A DNA stretch of 63,903 bases, filler included, from Octopus bimaculoides (lineage: Eukaryota), in assembly GCF_001194135.2 (NCBI RefSeq). It is 6 parts of 6 records of this genome, joined end to end, with 100 filler letters (N's around TTAATTAATTAA, not from the genome) between each part and the next. Parts side by side here need not be neighbours in the genome. Positions count along the whole stretch, not along the records: positions 22,962 to 40,036 come from NC_068985.1; 5 more parts are not named here. One strand, written 5' to 3'. Below are positions 24,411-37,234 of the stretch, piece by piece (the first letter of the stretch is position 1; each line of letters starts with the position of its first letter). The notes beneath the pieces are model-generated. The model was given only the letters and a program-made list of their open reading frames with translations, was not told the origin of the DNA and did not search any database. The translations under genes and the position numbers were made by a program.

Positions 24411-26149
24411 ATAGTCTACATATTGGATATTATTTTTCCTCTTATCCACTAAAGAAGACATTCAAGATACAAAACACGGATGTCATTTAATCTGTGAGTT
24501 TTACAGATAGAAATGGAGTTTAAAGGACAGCAAAATCATATTCGATTTCATGACATGAATTCGTACATTCCAGCTATTCGGAAAGTCCACTAGTCTACGT
24601 GACGTAAAAAACCTTTCATTATATTGTACAACTCAGCAGCTAAATATTTTATTTAGTTAATATCAATATTGATAAATACCTACTGCGTTTCCCATCCATA
24701 AAGAGTATTGCAAAGACTTAACACTTGACGTACTGAAACTATAGTGTCTTCTCCTGCACATCTACAATGTTCTCTTCCACGGAGTAGTGATCAGCACCAG
24801 TGAAATCAGATTTTGCAAGTATGAGGATTACAGGTCAGTGCAGGTGATATATTTGCAGCCGTTTACTCCTTTGTCTTGCAGCCCAAAGCTTGTTAATCCT
24901 GGTTGCAACAATGTATTTAATACCATTTTAACACAACGATCTCCATTCTTTTCGTTCAATCAAAGGTGTTGGGAGCTATCTTCATTCCTAAGAGATTACT
25001 ATACAGCTTGCCCTTATATCTGAGCCATTGTCTACCAACATTCCTGTGCTCACTCACTCTCAAGCAGGCTGTACATGAGGACTTTTGGTATTGTGTATGT
25101 GAGAGAGAGAGAGAGAGAGAGTGTGTGTGTGTGTGTCTGTGTGTGTGCGTGCGTGCGTGCGTGCGTGCGTGGGTGCGTGCGCGTGTGTGTGCCTGTGTGT
25201 GTCTTTATAATTAAGATGGCTAGACGCAAGTTAGGAACAAAAAGAAATAATTCACCGTCTCTAAAAAGTGACCTGGGGTGCAGGGAGCAACGGTGTTGCT
25301 AGAAATAAGTGTCAGAGAATCCTAAGCCACAGAAATAGAACATTTGCTTACTGTGGACAATGAGCTTGCTGATCTACGCTCGTCCTTTATTAATACATTG
25401 TAGTACGGTCGTACGACATCTTTGGGCATGTATTTAATGTTATCAAACTCATGTATGCAAACTTGATCAAGGAATGCACTTCATTTGGCGGTAAACAGAT
25501 GTTGCCGGACGGATATGAAGCGCCATTCAAAGACAGTCTGGATCGATGTTAAGCCTCTATCATCTTGTTTTCGTTTTAGATAGAGGCAGTCTACGTCACT
25601 GTTGATATGGAAATTATTTGTGCTGGTTAGTCTCTTCCAGGTTTTCACATCAATAGATCAGATTTCATCAAGCGTCCAATGAAGCAGCCCAAATTTTGGT
25701 ATGAGTCCCTTCACTGCAAACATATTGTATGTATGTATATATACATGCATGTATATGACCATATTAAATTAAAATCAATTGGCATATTTGGAATCATAAT
25801 CTTGGCTTAAAATTCATGGATAGATAGCATGTTTATCTTTCTAGTTGTCTCCTAAGTAAATGCCCTGAGCAATCTTTATAGAAACCACCTAATAAGTAAT
25901 TATTTAAGCAAATGAATGAATATTAAAATGATTCTGTGTAATCTTTCCTTTTTGATGTTTATAATTTATATATACACACATTTTACCTATTTTAGTTATA
26001 ATATCATTTTTGAAAATCTTAAATTTTATCTGTTATACAACATAACAATATTATTAATAAATAACCCCCCATAGCGTCCCAAAATAAAATTCCTCTGTAT
26101 TAACATCTTAGGTTTCGTTACTATTCTCAATGTAACAGTAGACTTAGCC

Positions 26150-29130
26150 CTCGCAGCACCAACAAGGGACGCTGTGCTTTTTTTGCCGTCCTATCTTATG
26201 CCGTAGACTTGTTAAGGGCACCTGTCCATATGGTATAACGGAAAACAAACTACCCTCACCTCCACCCCAAATAATTTCCTAAATACAGAGTCCATAGCCC
26301 TGATCCTAAATATGGATACTCAAAAGGCAATGGATGCACCTTCTTCCATCCTCAACTGAGCCAAACCACTCTGTCACTAAGGATGTGCTTGAACCCAAAA
26401 TGCAACCACGACCGTCTGAAGGCCACAAAACGATCGAAAATGAATATAAAAAGCAACAGACCTACGACAACAACAAGGACGAAATACAACCACATTTCAC
26501 CTCCTACAACCAAACAACAAAGACAGAACTATGGAACAACCATAACACCAAATAACATAAACATGAACTTTGTATCATCTGACCCAGTGGCAAACCAAAG
26601 TGGCAACTCCTTTTTACTAACTTACGTAGAAAATATGAAGGCCGACCTAAGCCATTAGAGCCAACGAGCTATCAACAACCATTTATGAAAGACGCAAGGA
26701 ACACACCCCCACCACCAACTAGAAAATCACTCACACTTCCATACAAAAACTATCCGCATTGCTACCTCTGAACAACATAAAACATAACACTGAGCTCTTA
26801 GAATAATGTAAACATCAAACTATCCTTACCTCGACATTCCTATTAAACGTACGTGGCATCAACCCATCACTCATGACCAAAAATAGAAGATCCCATACAT
26901 AGAGAGTTCACTTGCCGATACGGGACATTGCTTCTCTGTCTTTATCCTTAATGAAACTCACCTAAACAGCACACATATGGATGCCGAGTTGAAAATAAAA
27001 GATTTCACCATCATCCGTGCAGATTGCACAGACCGAAATAAAGTGGGGACAGCCATCTTTCTCCATGACTCCTTTTCACGACACCTTTTCAGATGCCAAG
27101 GACATATTTTCCAATAGCTATTGTAAATCTATATCACTATTCAACGAGGCCAAAGACATAATCATTTTTCTGTCTTTGCAGGCCTCCTCAAGCACCACTA
27201 AATTGCTTTGAAGTTTGCCTCAACAAAATCAGGTTCTCCCTTCAAAAGTACAATTGTGGAAACATACTAGTGATGGGTGATTTTAACATCCCTTATATAA
27301 ACTGAACACAAATCCTCTGAAGTTAGGCAAATGCTCTACGTCAGACAAAGCAGCAGCAGAATTACTCTTTAATTTAGGGGGTTAATTTTTCCTGACTCAG
27401 CTAGTGCTCAAACCAAGAAGACAAAATAAAGCGATCTTGGATCTAACATTAACCAACCACTTTAGTTCCATTCACAGTATTTCAGATGAAAAAACTCTCC
27501 TCTCAGACAACGACAGGGTACTCTGCAATTTTAATTCCCGGCAATCCCAACCAATCCCATTCCACTGCACTTATTTGGCAAGATAAACTCCCACAAAGCG
27601 GACTGGGCAGTAATCAGAATGGATCTGTCCGTCATCGACTGGTCCTTCACTCTCAGTTCCACTCACATTGAGACTGTATAGCAGCACTTTGAGAACATTG
27701 TCATCTAAAAAGGCTCAAAACACGCTCCTACGAAATCCACTAACACAAACAGAAACCAGCTCCCTAGACAGAAAAAAACCCTCATCAGGCGCATCAAAAG
27801 ACTCAATAAAAAAAGTCAACCAATTAAAATACCCCCACATACAACACCCACATTCAACAACAATGAAAAGGCTGGAGTTGGAAAAACTTCATCTGACGAC
27901 CGACATGAAAACTTCCATTGAAAATCAAAGAGCTGCAGAGGGGTAGTGGATAATCAAAAAATTGAAACAGAACTCAAAAGTGTTCTATTCTTATGCAAAT
28001 AAGAATAGAACAGTTGTCTCCCCCGTTTGGCCATTGATCGATGATAACGGCATTCTCCAACACGATTCTAAAGAAATGGCAGAAATACTGCAGAAACAAT
28101 ACGGCCCTGTCTTTAGTGATCCCATTGATATTGACGTAAGAGAAGCGAACGAAGGTGATTCGCAGCATAAAATCTTGGACATAACCTTCACTGCCTCAGA
28201 CATTATAGCAGCAATAAATGAGGTCAAATACTGTTCTGCTGTAGGCCTTGATAGATTCCCCGCTAGTCTCCTGAAGGAATGTAGACACCAACTTGTAGTC
28301 CATTTGACCAGCCTTTGGAGAAATGTTTTAGACTCAGGTTAAATACCGAAACAACTCCTATCTCAGTCTGTCACCTCACCTCGGTTTTCAGACAGGGAAA
28401 CAGATCCCCCGCAGTCAGCTGTCGCCCAATCTCACTCACCTCCCACATCGTTAAACTGCTTGAAAGAGTGATAAGATCAAGGATAGCTAGCTTCCTGGAG
28501 ATCCACAAACTCCTAAACTCAAATCAGCATGGCTTTCGCTGTGTCAGGGACTGTCTAACACAGATCTTACACCACTTTGATGATATACTTAAAGCCTTGG
28601 GAGCAGGTTCGAACTCTGATGTCATATATCCTGACTTCAGTAAAGCGTTCGGTAGGGTTGACCATAATATCTTACTCTCAAAATTGGCAAATGTTGGAGT
28701 CCGTGGAAAACTTCTACACTGGATTGAGTTTTTCCTGGCGAATATAACACATGTTGTGGTCAATGGAGTCCACTCAAGCCTAGCAAAAGTCACCAGTGGT
28801 GTCTCTCAGGGGACTGTCTTTGGCCCGCTGCTCTTTATAATCTACATAAATGACTTTTCCAGCGTCGCAAAACACTGCAAAGTAAAAATATTTGCTGATG
28901 ACACTAAGCTCCATGAAATCATCAATGAAGAAGAAGACCCAACTCAACTCCAGTCTTACCTATATGCGGTGAGTCAATGGGCAGACAAAAACAAAATGCA
29001 ACTAAACAAGGGAAAATTTGAGCTGATGCGTTTTGTAAGAATGACTATACTAAAACAGCCATTCTCTCTTTCTTCAGGGGAATCGCTCACAGCTTCTTAT
29101 AATATCAGAGACCTAGGAGTAATTGTTAGT
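26150..29130 (+). mobile_element. CR1/Jockey-group LINE, decayed and 3'-truncated (ORF1 remnant, APE, RT)
   Basis: ORF1-like GCTFFHPQ..MCLNPKC. APE-like LNETHL, TIIRAD and ILVMGDFNIP. RT-like RPISLTSHIVKLLERV, QHGFR, DFSKAFGRVDH, GVSQGTVFGPLLFIIYIND, IFADDTKL and RDLGVIV. Many stops and frameshifts. Confidence 0.92.
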
Positions 29131-29451
29131 ATATATTTTACTAGAGTTATGATAATATAGTATGTTAATGGAAAGTGATGAGTAGCTAACAAATCGTGAA
29201 ACGCGTCATAGCAATCTCTGTTTCAAGATCTTATCATTGACAGAGGAAGGCGATCTACTTCTCATGTGGAGAAGAAAAGTATATTTCAAAACAAGAGCAG
29301 AGAATCTAACTTTTTATAAAACAGTGGCCGAAAAGATAAACAGACGCATTTATATCTGTTTAAAATTCTCTATGGAATGGCATAAAAACAGAGTAATTAT
29401 TTGTAATTCTTGATAGATTTTCTCATACACGATATGTTGAACATAGATATT

Positions 29452-29515
<64 letters not shown>

Positions 29516-32080
29516 ATGGATGTATGTATATGTATGTGTATATAGATAAGTAGAATGATTGATACATACGTACATACATACATGCATACATACAAACGTA
29601 CATACATAAATCATAGGCTATACATTTAAAGTGTAAAGTGGAAAGTATTGACCTGCTGGCAATATTCAATCTATAAATTTGTTATTCTAGTTCAGCTAGT
29701 TACTTAATATACCATTAACGATTAGGAAGATTGCAACTAGATAGAAAATTATAAAGTAAGCCCTTAAGGTCGAAGTAAAATATGTTTTCTTTTGCTGTGT
29801 ACATAGAGTTTAATCGATTACATACAGCGAAATCAAGCTCTTTTGCTTGATATATTCATGTAATTTCCCGTATGCTTATATAATGCTCCGTTTGCTTTCA
29901 ATTTTTCTTTGTCAACGGAAATAGTCTAGCAGATTAGCAAGCCATAATAAAAAATAGTTTTTTCCAAAAACCTGGTGAGTTCTTGATAGCAACAAATGTT
30001 GGTGATTAGCATTTTGCCAAAACTCTAGTAACGAATGTCTGGAATTATTTGATGTAACTTGTGTAAATATATGTCTAAGAAATAAACTAAAATTCTATAA
30101 GGTAATTACTGAAAGGGGGTGTTTTATTATTATCATAAAAAAAATAACCCTCTTATTAAGTGAAATAGCCGTGCATGATTATGATTAGTTAAATTCAAAT
30201 GTAACAAAATTTCACATATTTTATTGTGAGATTCTTATAGATGATTAACTTACAACAGGTAATGGTGACATATAATAGACGATCGAGCTAGGTAGATGAA
30301 AGCAATATCACTAAGACAAAAAATCATTTGTCACATAACTCTATAATTTGTGTCTGCAAGTGTGTGTGCTACAGTCTGTATCAACAATAAATCTTGCATA
30401 GGTAATAATTTATAGTCATCATATTCCTTGGATTCGTTTGCTTGTGTGTGTGTGTGTGGGGGGGGGAGAGCGAGAGAGCGAGTGTGTGTGTGCGTGTGTC
30501 CGTATATGTGTGTGTATTATGAATAAAAAGGTATACAATAAATCTGATATCTATACAGTCAAAACATATCTAACCCAATTGGCTACAATGATTTTTTTTT
30601 TACCGAGGTTGTGGTTGATCGATTTGTCTAGAGAGAACCATACCAATATCACATAAGAATATATTGAAAATTAATGCAATGACACGTAATATTTCATTAT
30701 AAGTCAATCTAATATCAAACATATTTTGTGATACAATGTCACGAAAATATGTTCTTATAGATAATTTCTTTTTTTCATTTTGTGTTTTAAATTCAATCAT
30801 TATTTGATATATCTGAATTATGTCAATAAAGGATAATTATCTTATGGTTATTGATTACAGTATTAATCACCTATATTTCAATATATTGAAACGTGCTGGA
30901 ACAGATGTCTATTTTGGTGATGCCATTAATTTTTCATATATATTGTTGTGAAAAGAAACATTAAAAATATGTGTGGCAATGCTCCAAGTACACTTCTGGC
31001 AGAAATGTAATTAAAAAAAATATTTTGGTGAATATATTTATGGACGGTACACAATGACAAAAAAGAAAAAAAAAATGATGGAATGAAATCTTCCTAAACA
31101 ATTGAGTTCACTGAATTGTAGCACAAACCACACTAGTTAGTAAATGCTCGAAATATTTACCAAATAATCAAAACAATGAAAGGACGAACCATTTCCAAAG
31201 CAAACGGTTCTCGTACAAGACTGATTTTCCTTCACGGTTCTCCGATTGCGTTAGTTGTGCCTGTTAACGTATTGATGTTATGTGTAATGGAGGAAAACTG
31301 GCAGGAAGATCGCTTGGATAACTAGAGAAGCTGCAGTAAATTTTCATTGTATTCGCATTTCTAAATGAAAAATGACAGGACACGGAACACTTCTGGTAGC
31401 GAGTTGAAATGAATCAACAATGTGTGAATATAGTATGATTTGCTTGAATAGCAATTACATAAAAGGTTCATAAGTTAAAATCACCAGTTAATACAATCAT
31501 AACAAAATTCTTGCTCCACGCTGATGGTTTAAATCATCTGTGAAGTGAAGTCATTGAAGCTTAGCGCCATATGAGAATAGTATAATTCCATTCAAACAAA
31601 ATGATCGTGTGTAAATATCTTACATAGATACAATTACAGCGACACATAGTAAAATATTGCTTCACCAACAATTGTGTGTGTGAGCATGTATATTTGTGTA
31701 TGTGCGTGTGTGTGCGTGTGTATGCTTTGGGTATATGACAATTTATCAATAACAAAAGAAATGGAGTTTCGTAAAGACTGTCACTCACAGCGGTTTCTAC
31801 TACAAGAAGTTTGCCTTCAAATCTGAGCGTTTCTGCAACACATCATAACTTCCACGAATCCACTTAAGTGGTGTATGTTTATGGCGGAAAGAATTCAAAG
31901 ATAGGTTGCAACATGAAGACCATGTATAAAATAATAATATTTAGTGGAAAATAGCTGCTCAGGGGGTTATAACATCTATCTATTTATCTATCTATCTATC
32001 TATTTTATGTCTGTCTACCTGTCTTACTCTCTCTTCCCCACTCTCTCTTCCCCCTCTCTCTTCCCCCCTCTCTCTCTGTG

Positions 32081-32124
<44 letters not shown>

Positions 32125-32642
32125 GCTAAGGGCGCTGCAGGGACAACGCCGATACGTTAGAAATCGATGTCAAATGTCTACCACTCTAAACCTGTTCTTT
32201 CTTAACACAAAGCTGAATGCGTGGAAATGGAGAAGATTTATACAATTTCGGACAACTCTATAGCTTAAGNNNNNNNNNNNNNNNNNNNNNNNNNNNNNNN
32301 NNNNNNNNNNNNNNNNNNNNNNNNNNNNNNNNNNNNNNNNNNNNNNNNNNNNNNNNNNNNNNNNNNNNNNNNNNNNNNNNNNNNNNNNNNNNNNNNNNNN
32401 NNNNNNNNNNNNNNNNNNNNNNNNNNNNNNNNNNNNNNNNNNNNNNNNNNNNNNNNNNNNNNNNNNNNNNNNNNNNNNNNNNNNNNNNNNNNNNNNNNNN
32501 NNNNNNNNNNNNNNNNNNNNNNNNNNNNNNNNNNNNNNNNNNNNNNNNNNNNNNNNNNNNNNNNNNNNNNNNNNNNNNNNNNNNNNNNNNNNNNNNNNNN
32601 NNTATATATATATACTAAGAGAGAGAGAGACAGACAGACATA

Positions 32643-32673
<31 letters not shown>

Positions 32674-32949
32674 AATAGATAGATATATAGGTAAATAGAT
32701 AAATAGATAGTTAGATAGATAGATTGAAATGGTAAAGCTGTAACAAATGGAAAAGCAATCAGCTAACAGAATGAAGATAAACTAATAACACTGCTATCCA
32801 GGGCTTCCTGGTCTAAATAATTTATTTTGCCATTTTTCAGGCTGAAAAGAAGACCGATTTTCTGTTGTCTTTTGAACTGATAACATTTAAACAAAAGATG
32901 CTGGTATAGAAGAAAACAAGTAAATAAGAAAAGTCGAGGGAAATAACCA

Positions 32950-33960
32950 ACGATGTCACGCAGACGTAAACAAGATGACAATGTTTCACTAAATGTTCTG
33001 TGGCTTACTTTTCAATTCCGACGTGATGTATTTCGTGAAATGCGGACATACAGAAAAGATGATGTATTTGTTGGAGGTTCTCAAGATGCAGGTTTTGAAG
33101 AAAACATACTGAATACTTTTTTGGACCGGTTAATATAGGATTTGGATTTGCAGATTTTCCATTTGATATCAAAACTGGTACCTTTGTTTCCTGATTAAAG
33201 CCTAAAGGGCTGCATATCACGGTAACATTCGAAAGATGGCTATTATATTTGGGTTTAAATTTTTCTTCTACGGCTCTGATATAAAGTTCGATATCTGTAC
33301 GACAATCTTCGTAGCCTGCTGAAACCTGTGTTTCATAAACAACAGAAGATATATCGCACTCCTCTCCTTGAGGGCATTTAGATTTGTCTTTAAATGTGCA
33401 TCTGAGGTAGGCTTCAGTCGCCCGTTTCTTATTGATATATGACTTTATATTAAGGGCCAAAAATATAACTTTTATCGTGTATCTTAAAGATTTCATTGTA
33501 TCTACGGGTTCTAAGGATGTGGATGTCTTCTAAGTGAAAGAATTTTCTACCTATGTTTGTCCTAACATTAACAGAGAAAATAGGGGCGAACAATACAACA
33601 TTCCGAGACCATTTCTTACTATATGATAGAGGAGACGGATAAGGGTCGTAGAAGATTTTATCAGTAAAGCTGCTATCATGTAGGACCTTATTATAATGTG
33701 GGGAAGGTTTCTGAATATTTATTTACAGGAAGTCTAATATTTGGAGTTAAGTTATTAAACCCAATAGGTAGAGGACAGGAGCGTTTATCAATATACTTAA
33801 GGTTCTCGTTAGTGTTGTGGGAGGGCTTATATGAATTAGATTTGAGATCAAATTAAAACGTTAGTTCCAGTTTGGTTGATATCGATGGATAATTTAAGTA
33901 CTAATGAGTTGAAGGTACAAATTAATTTCTTTCTCAAGGAATCCATACAGTGCACATCAC
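32950..33960 (-). mobile_element. Penelope-like element remnant (GIY-YIG endonuclease region)
   Basis: Upstream frame SRNVVLFAPIFSVNVRTNIGRKFF. ORF 33005-33496 contains C..KSKCPQGEEC..SSVVYETQV..LYIRAVEEKFKPKYNSH, matching the Penelope linker, zinc knuckle and GIY-YIG layout. Confidence 0.8.
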
Positions 33961-34434
33961 AATTGAGTGAAACTGTTAAAGCATGGTCACGCTATATACC
34001 GATGCTATGGCTGGGGAATTTCGATTTAAGATGGTTTCATATGTATAAAACAAATAAATTACATATATCTGCATATGAAGACATTGGGATATAAAATACT
34101 TCACTTTGGATATCTTTTTAAAGTGTGAGTGTGCCAGGTGCGTGTGCACAAGCTGTGTGTTCACAAGCATGTGTGCAAAGTTAAAGTGAGTGCACAGATA
34201 CTGTGTGCGAGTGTATATGTGTGTATGTGCGAGCGCGTGAGTATGTGTATGTGATTATCAAGGTTATGTGAGCGTGTACACATCTACGAACGGAAGCACG
34301 CATCTATATGCTTGTGTGTGTGTGTGTGTGTGTTTGTACAAACAAGTGTGTGTGTGCGTGTATGCCTGTTTGTGTGTGTGTGTGTGTGTATGTGTGTGAA
34401 GCGATGTGTATTTATGTATGTAGACGTGCATATA

Positions 34435-35752
34435 CAGGGTCTTTTGTGCAGATAAATTCAATGTGACCCTTTCCACGGTGTCCAGAGCTGTGAACAAGAA
34501 ATTCGGAATGACTAGCTATGTTCGACGATGCATAAACTCGTAGTTATAAATACTAGGCAATAATAGTAGACAGATATAATTTTAATGTAGCATTTATTAC
34601 AACAAAAACAGTTATCAGTCGATATGGCTGCCTTTTTGTGCCATTACAGCCTCCACACGCGAACAAAATTTTTTGCAACTGCCGCAAACCCCGCATTTTG
34701 GATTTTGCGTGTCTTCAAACTGTTCATACTTGAGTGTGGTGAAGCATTAGTCCTTGTTTGAAGTACATCCCATAAAATGTAATCGAGAAGGTTGAGATCT
34801 GGGTTATAATCGGGCCAGATTTTGTCTCTTACAAAAAATGGCACCTTCTTACCAAGGGAAGTTAGTGTTGCCTTTGACCAATGGTATTGTGCAGAATCCC
34901 GGATAAGCACTACATTGTCAACCCCAAATTTCTGCTCCATCCAAGGTAACAGAGAGTTCTTCAGGATGTCCAGATACTACTTTATGCCGATCTTCAAGCT
35001 AGATTCAATGAAGTGTGGATCTATGACAATTCCATCATTCGCTATAGCTCCAAATACCATCACACAGGCAGGATACTTAGTCTGAAACATACTGGGGCGG
35101 TGTCAGAAGGGCTGTATGAATTCACTCAATAATATCTGCAATTCACCTCAGTGTCTGCAGTGAAGTTCTTCTCGATCACAAACTCGAGAGTTTTTCCTGC
35201 ACCTTGATGTTTGCTGAATGACAGAATCTTTGGGCATCTCTCGGCTCTGATTGCGTTGACGTTAGCTGTTAGGAGGTGACGGCGTAGTCGAACATAGCTA
35301 GTGAAGCCAAAGTTCTTGTTCACAGCTCTGGACATCGTAGAAACGGTAACATTGAATTTCATTGCAAGGGTTGTCATGGATATGGAGGGGCTAGCTTCAA
35401 TCGNNNNNNNNNNNNNNNNNNNNNNNNNNNNNNNNNNNNNNNNNNNNNNNNNNNNNNNNNNNNNNNNNNNNNNNNNNNNNNNNNNNNNNNNNNNNNNNNN
35501 NNNNNNNNNNNNNNNNNNNNNNNNNNNNNNNNNNNNNNNNNNNNNNNNNNNNNNNNNNNNNNNNNNNNNNNNNNNNNNNNNNNNNNNNNNNNNNCAAAAC
35601 AACAATGGCGGATTGCTTCTGATGTTCCATGACTTTCTGATGTCGAATTAGTTCTCTATTTGCCTGAAAAATAAAGCATAGGATTAGATTTTCAAGCAAG
35701 CAAGGTTTTGTCAACTGCTTAAAATTGATCTGAATTTATCTGCAGGAACCTG
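34435..35752 (-). mobile_element. Tc1/mariner element remnant with TA-flanked terminal inverted repeats
   Basis: Ends TA|CAGGGTCTTTTGTGCAGATAAATTCA and TGAATTTATCTGCAGGAACCTG|TA. Peptides FNVTVSTMSRAVNK, LIRDSAQYH and IWPDYNPDLNLLDYILW. Confidence 0.8.
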
Positions 35753-36801
35753 TATTCTTTGAGTATGTGAGGCTGTCTGACGTATGTGTTGTCAGATGTG
35801 AGTGTTTATGCAGTGTGTGCGCGTGTATACTGCGTTTGAGTAGCGTGTGGGCGTGCGTGTTCTCAAATGTGTGTTGGGTGTGTGCGTAAGTGGCAGTCGG
35901 ACATGTGCGTAAGTGAAGGGTTTGTGCAACGCTATTGTGTGCGTATATGTTACGTGTGTGTATGCGTGAACATTGTGTGTGTATATGCGTGTGTGTATGT
36001 ATGTGAGCGAGTGTGCATGTCCTTTCATTTGCTGTGTGTATATATATGGCAATTTTGGATAAAATAAGTGTGTATGAAGTTTATATGTGTGTAAATATTC
36101 TATGTGTCAAGGTATGTAGATGTACAAAGTGGCACTTGTATGTGTGAGGCGCTATCTGATGTATATGGGTATTCAACGGTGGCATATATGTGTCGAACTG
36201 GTAGAATATGGGGGGGGGCAACAGAAATTGGTGTTGGGAGGTGATGGTGCATAACACTATGCGTTACAAGGAAGTGGAAGTGTGTGGAGTTTGTGTCGTG
36301 TGTGTATGTGAATGGGTGTATGCGTATGTGTGTATATGTTGCATGAGCATTATGACGTGGGTGGTTCAGGTAAAAAGTAAACGGTGTAGAGATGTGTTGC
36401 GGACAGAAAAGGAATGGGCTTTGGAAAGTGAGAGGTGTGTGGTGTATGTAAATGTGTGTAGAGGTGAGTTTAGATGAAGAGAGAAGAATTGCAACAATGA
36501 GGGACTGCCGAAAGGTGAAAGAAAATAAAGCTTTCTCATTACGGAAGCGGGAGTAAGTGTAGATTCTTAGCAAGGATATTCAGAACGTAGACACATGCTG
36601 CAGGGAATGACCGTTCGAGCAGAGTGACACGACAGCAGGGTGTAATTACCGAGTCAGATGTACTGAAGATGTTGTGCAAATCGTCAGCTCCGTGTCAGCA
36701 TATTTGACCCATGTACAAGGGGTGATAAAGGAAACAAAATATTAAATAGCTAGAAGAATATATGCCTGCAGGTAAGTACATAGATCGATCGATATATAAA
36801 C

Positions 36802-36836
<35 letters not shown>

Positions 36837-37190
36837 AAAACAGACAGACCGATAGATAGAGATGCATATATAGGGATGATCATATTTTGCTAATAAACAC
36901 ACGCACTGTTTATTTGATTTTCACGTTAACGTTATTATTATCAAGCGTTCTGTGTCCTCAATGTTTGCAACAGGGGAGATAAGCACCTTCACACCGCAAA
37001 GCCAGCATCCAGAGACTAGTTTCAAAGTTACTGCTCTTCATCAGTTTCGAGTGGCTTGGCCTCGCTAGATGTCACTGCTAATCTGCTATTGAAAACGTAT
37101 AGAATTTCAAGTGAAATACATTCACTGATTTACAAAAATAGAAATATTACATTTCTAAATTTCTTAGAGAATTATATCTATCAATCTATA

Positions 37191-37234
<44 letters not shown>

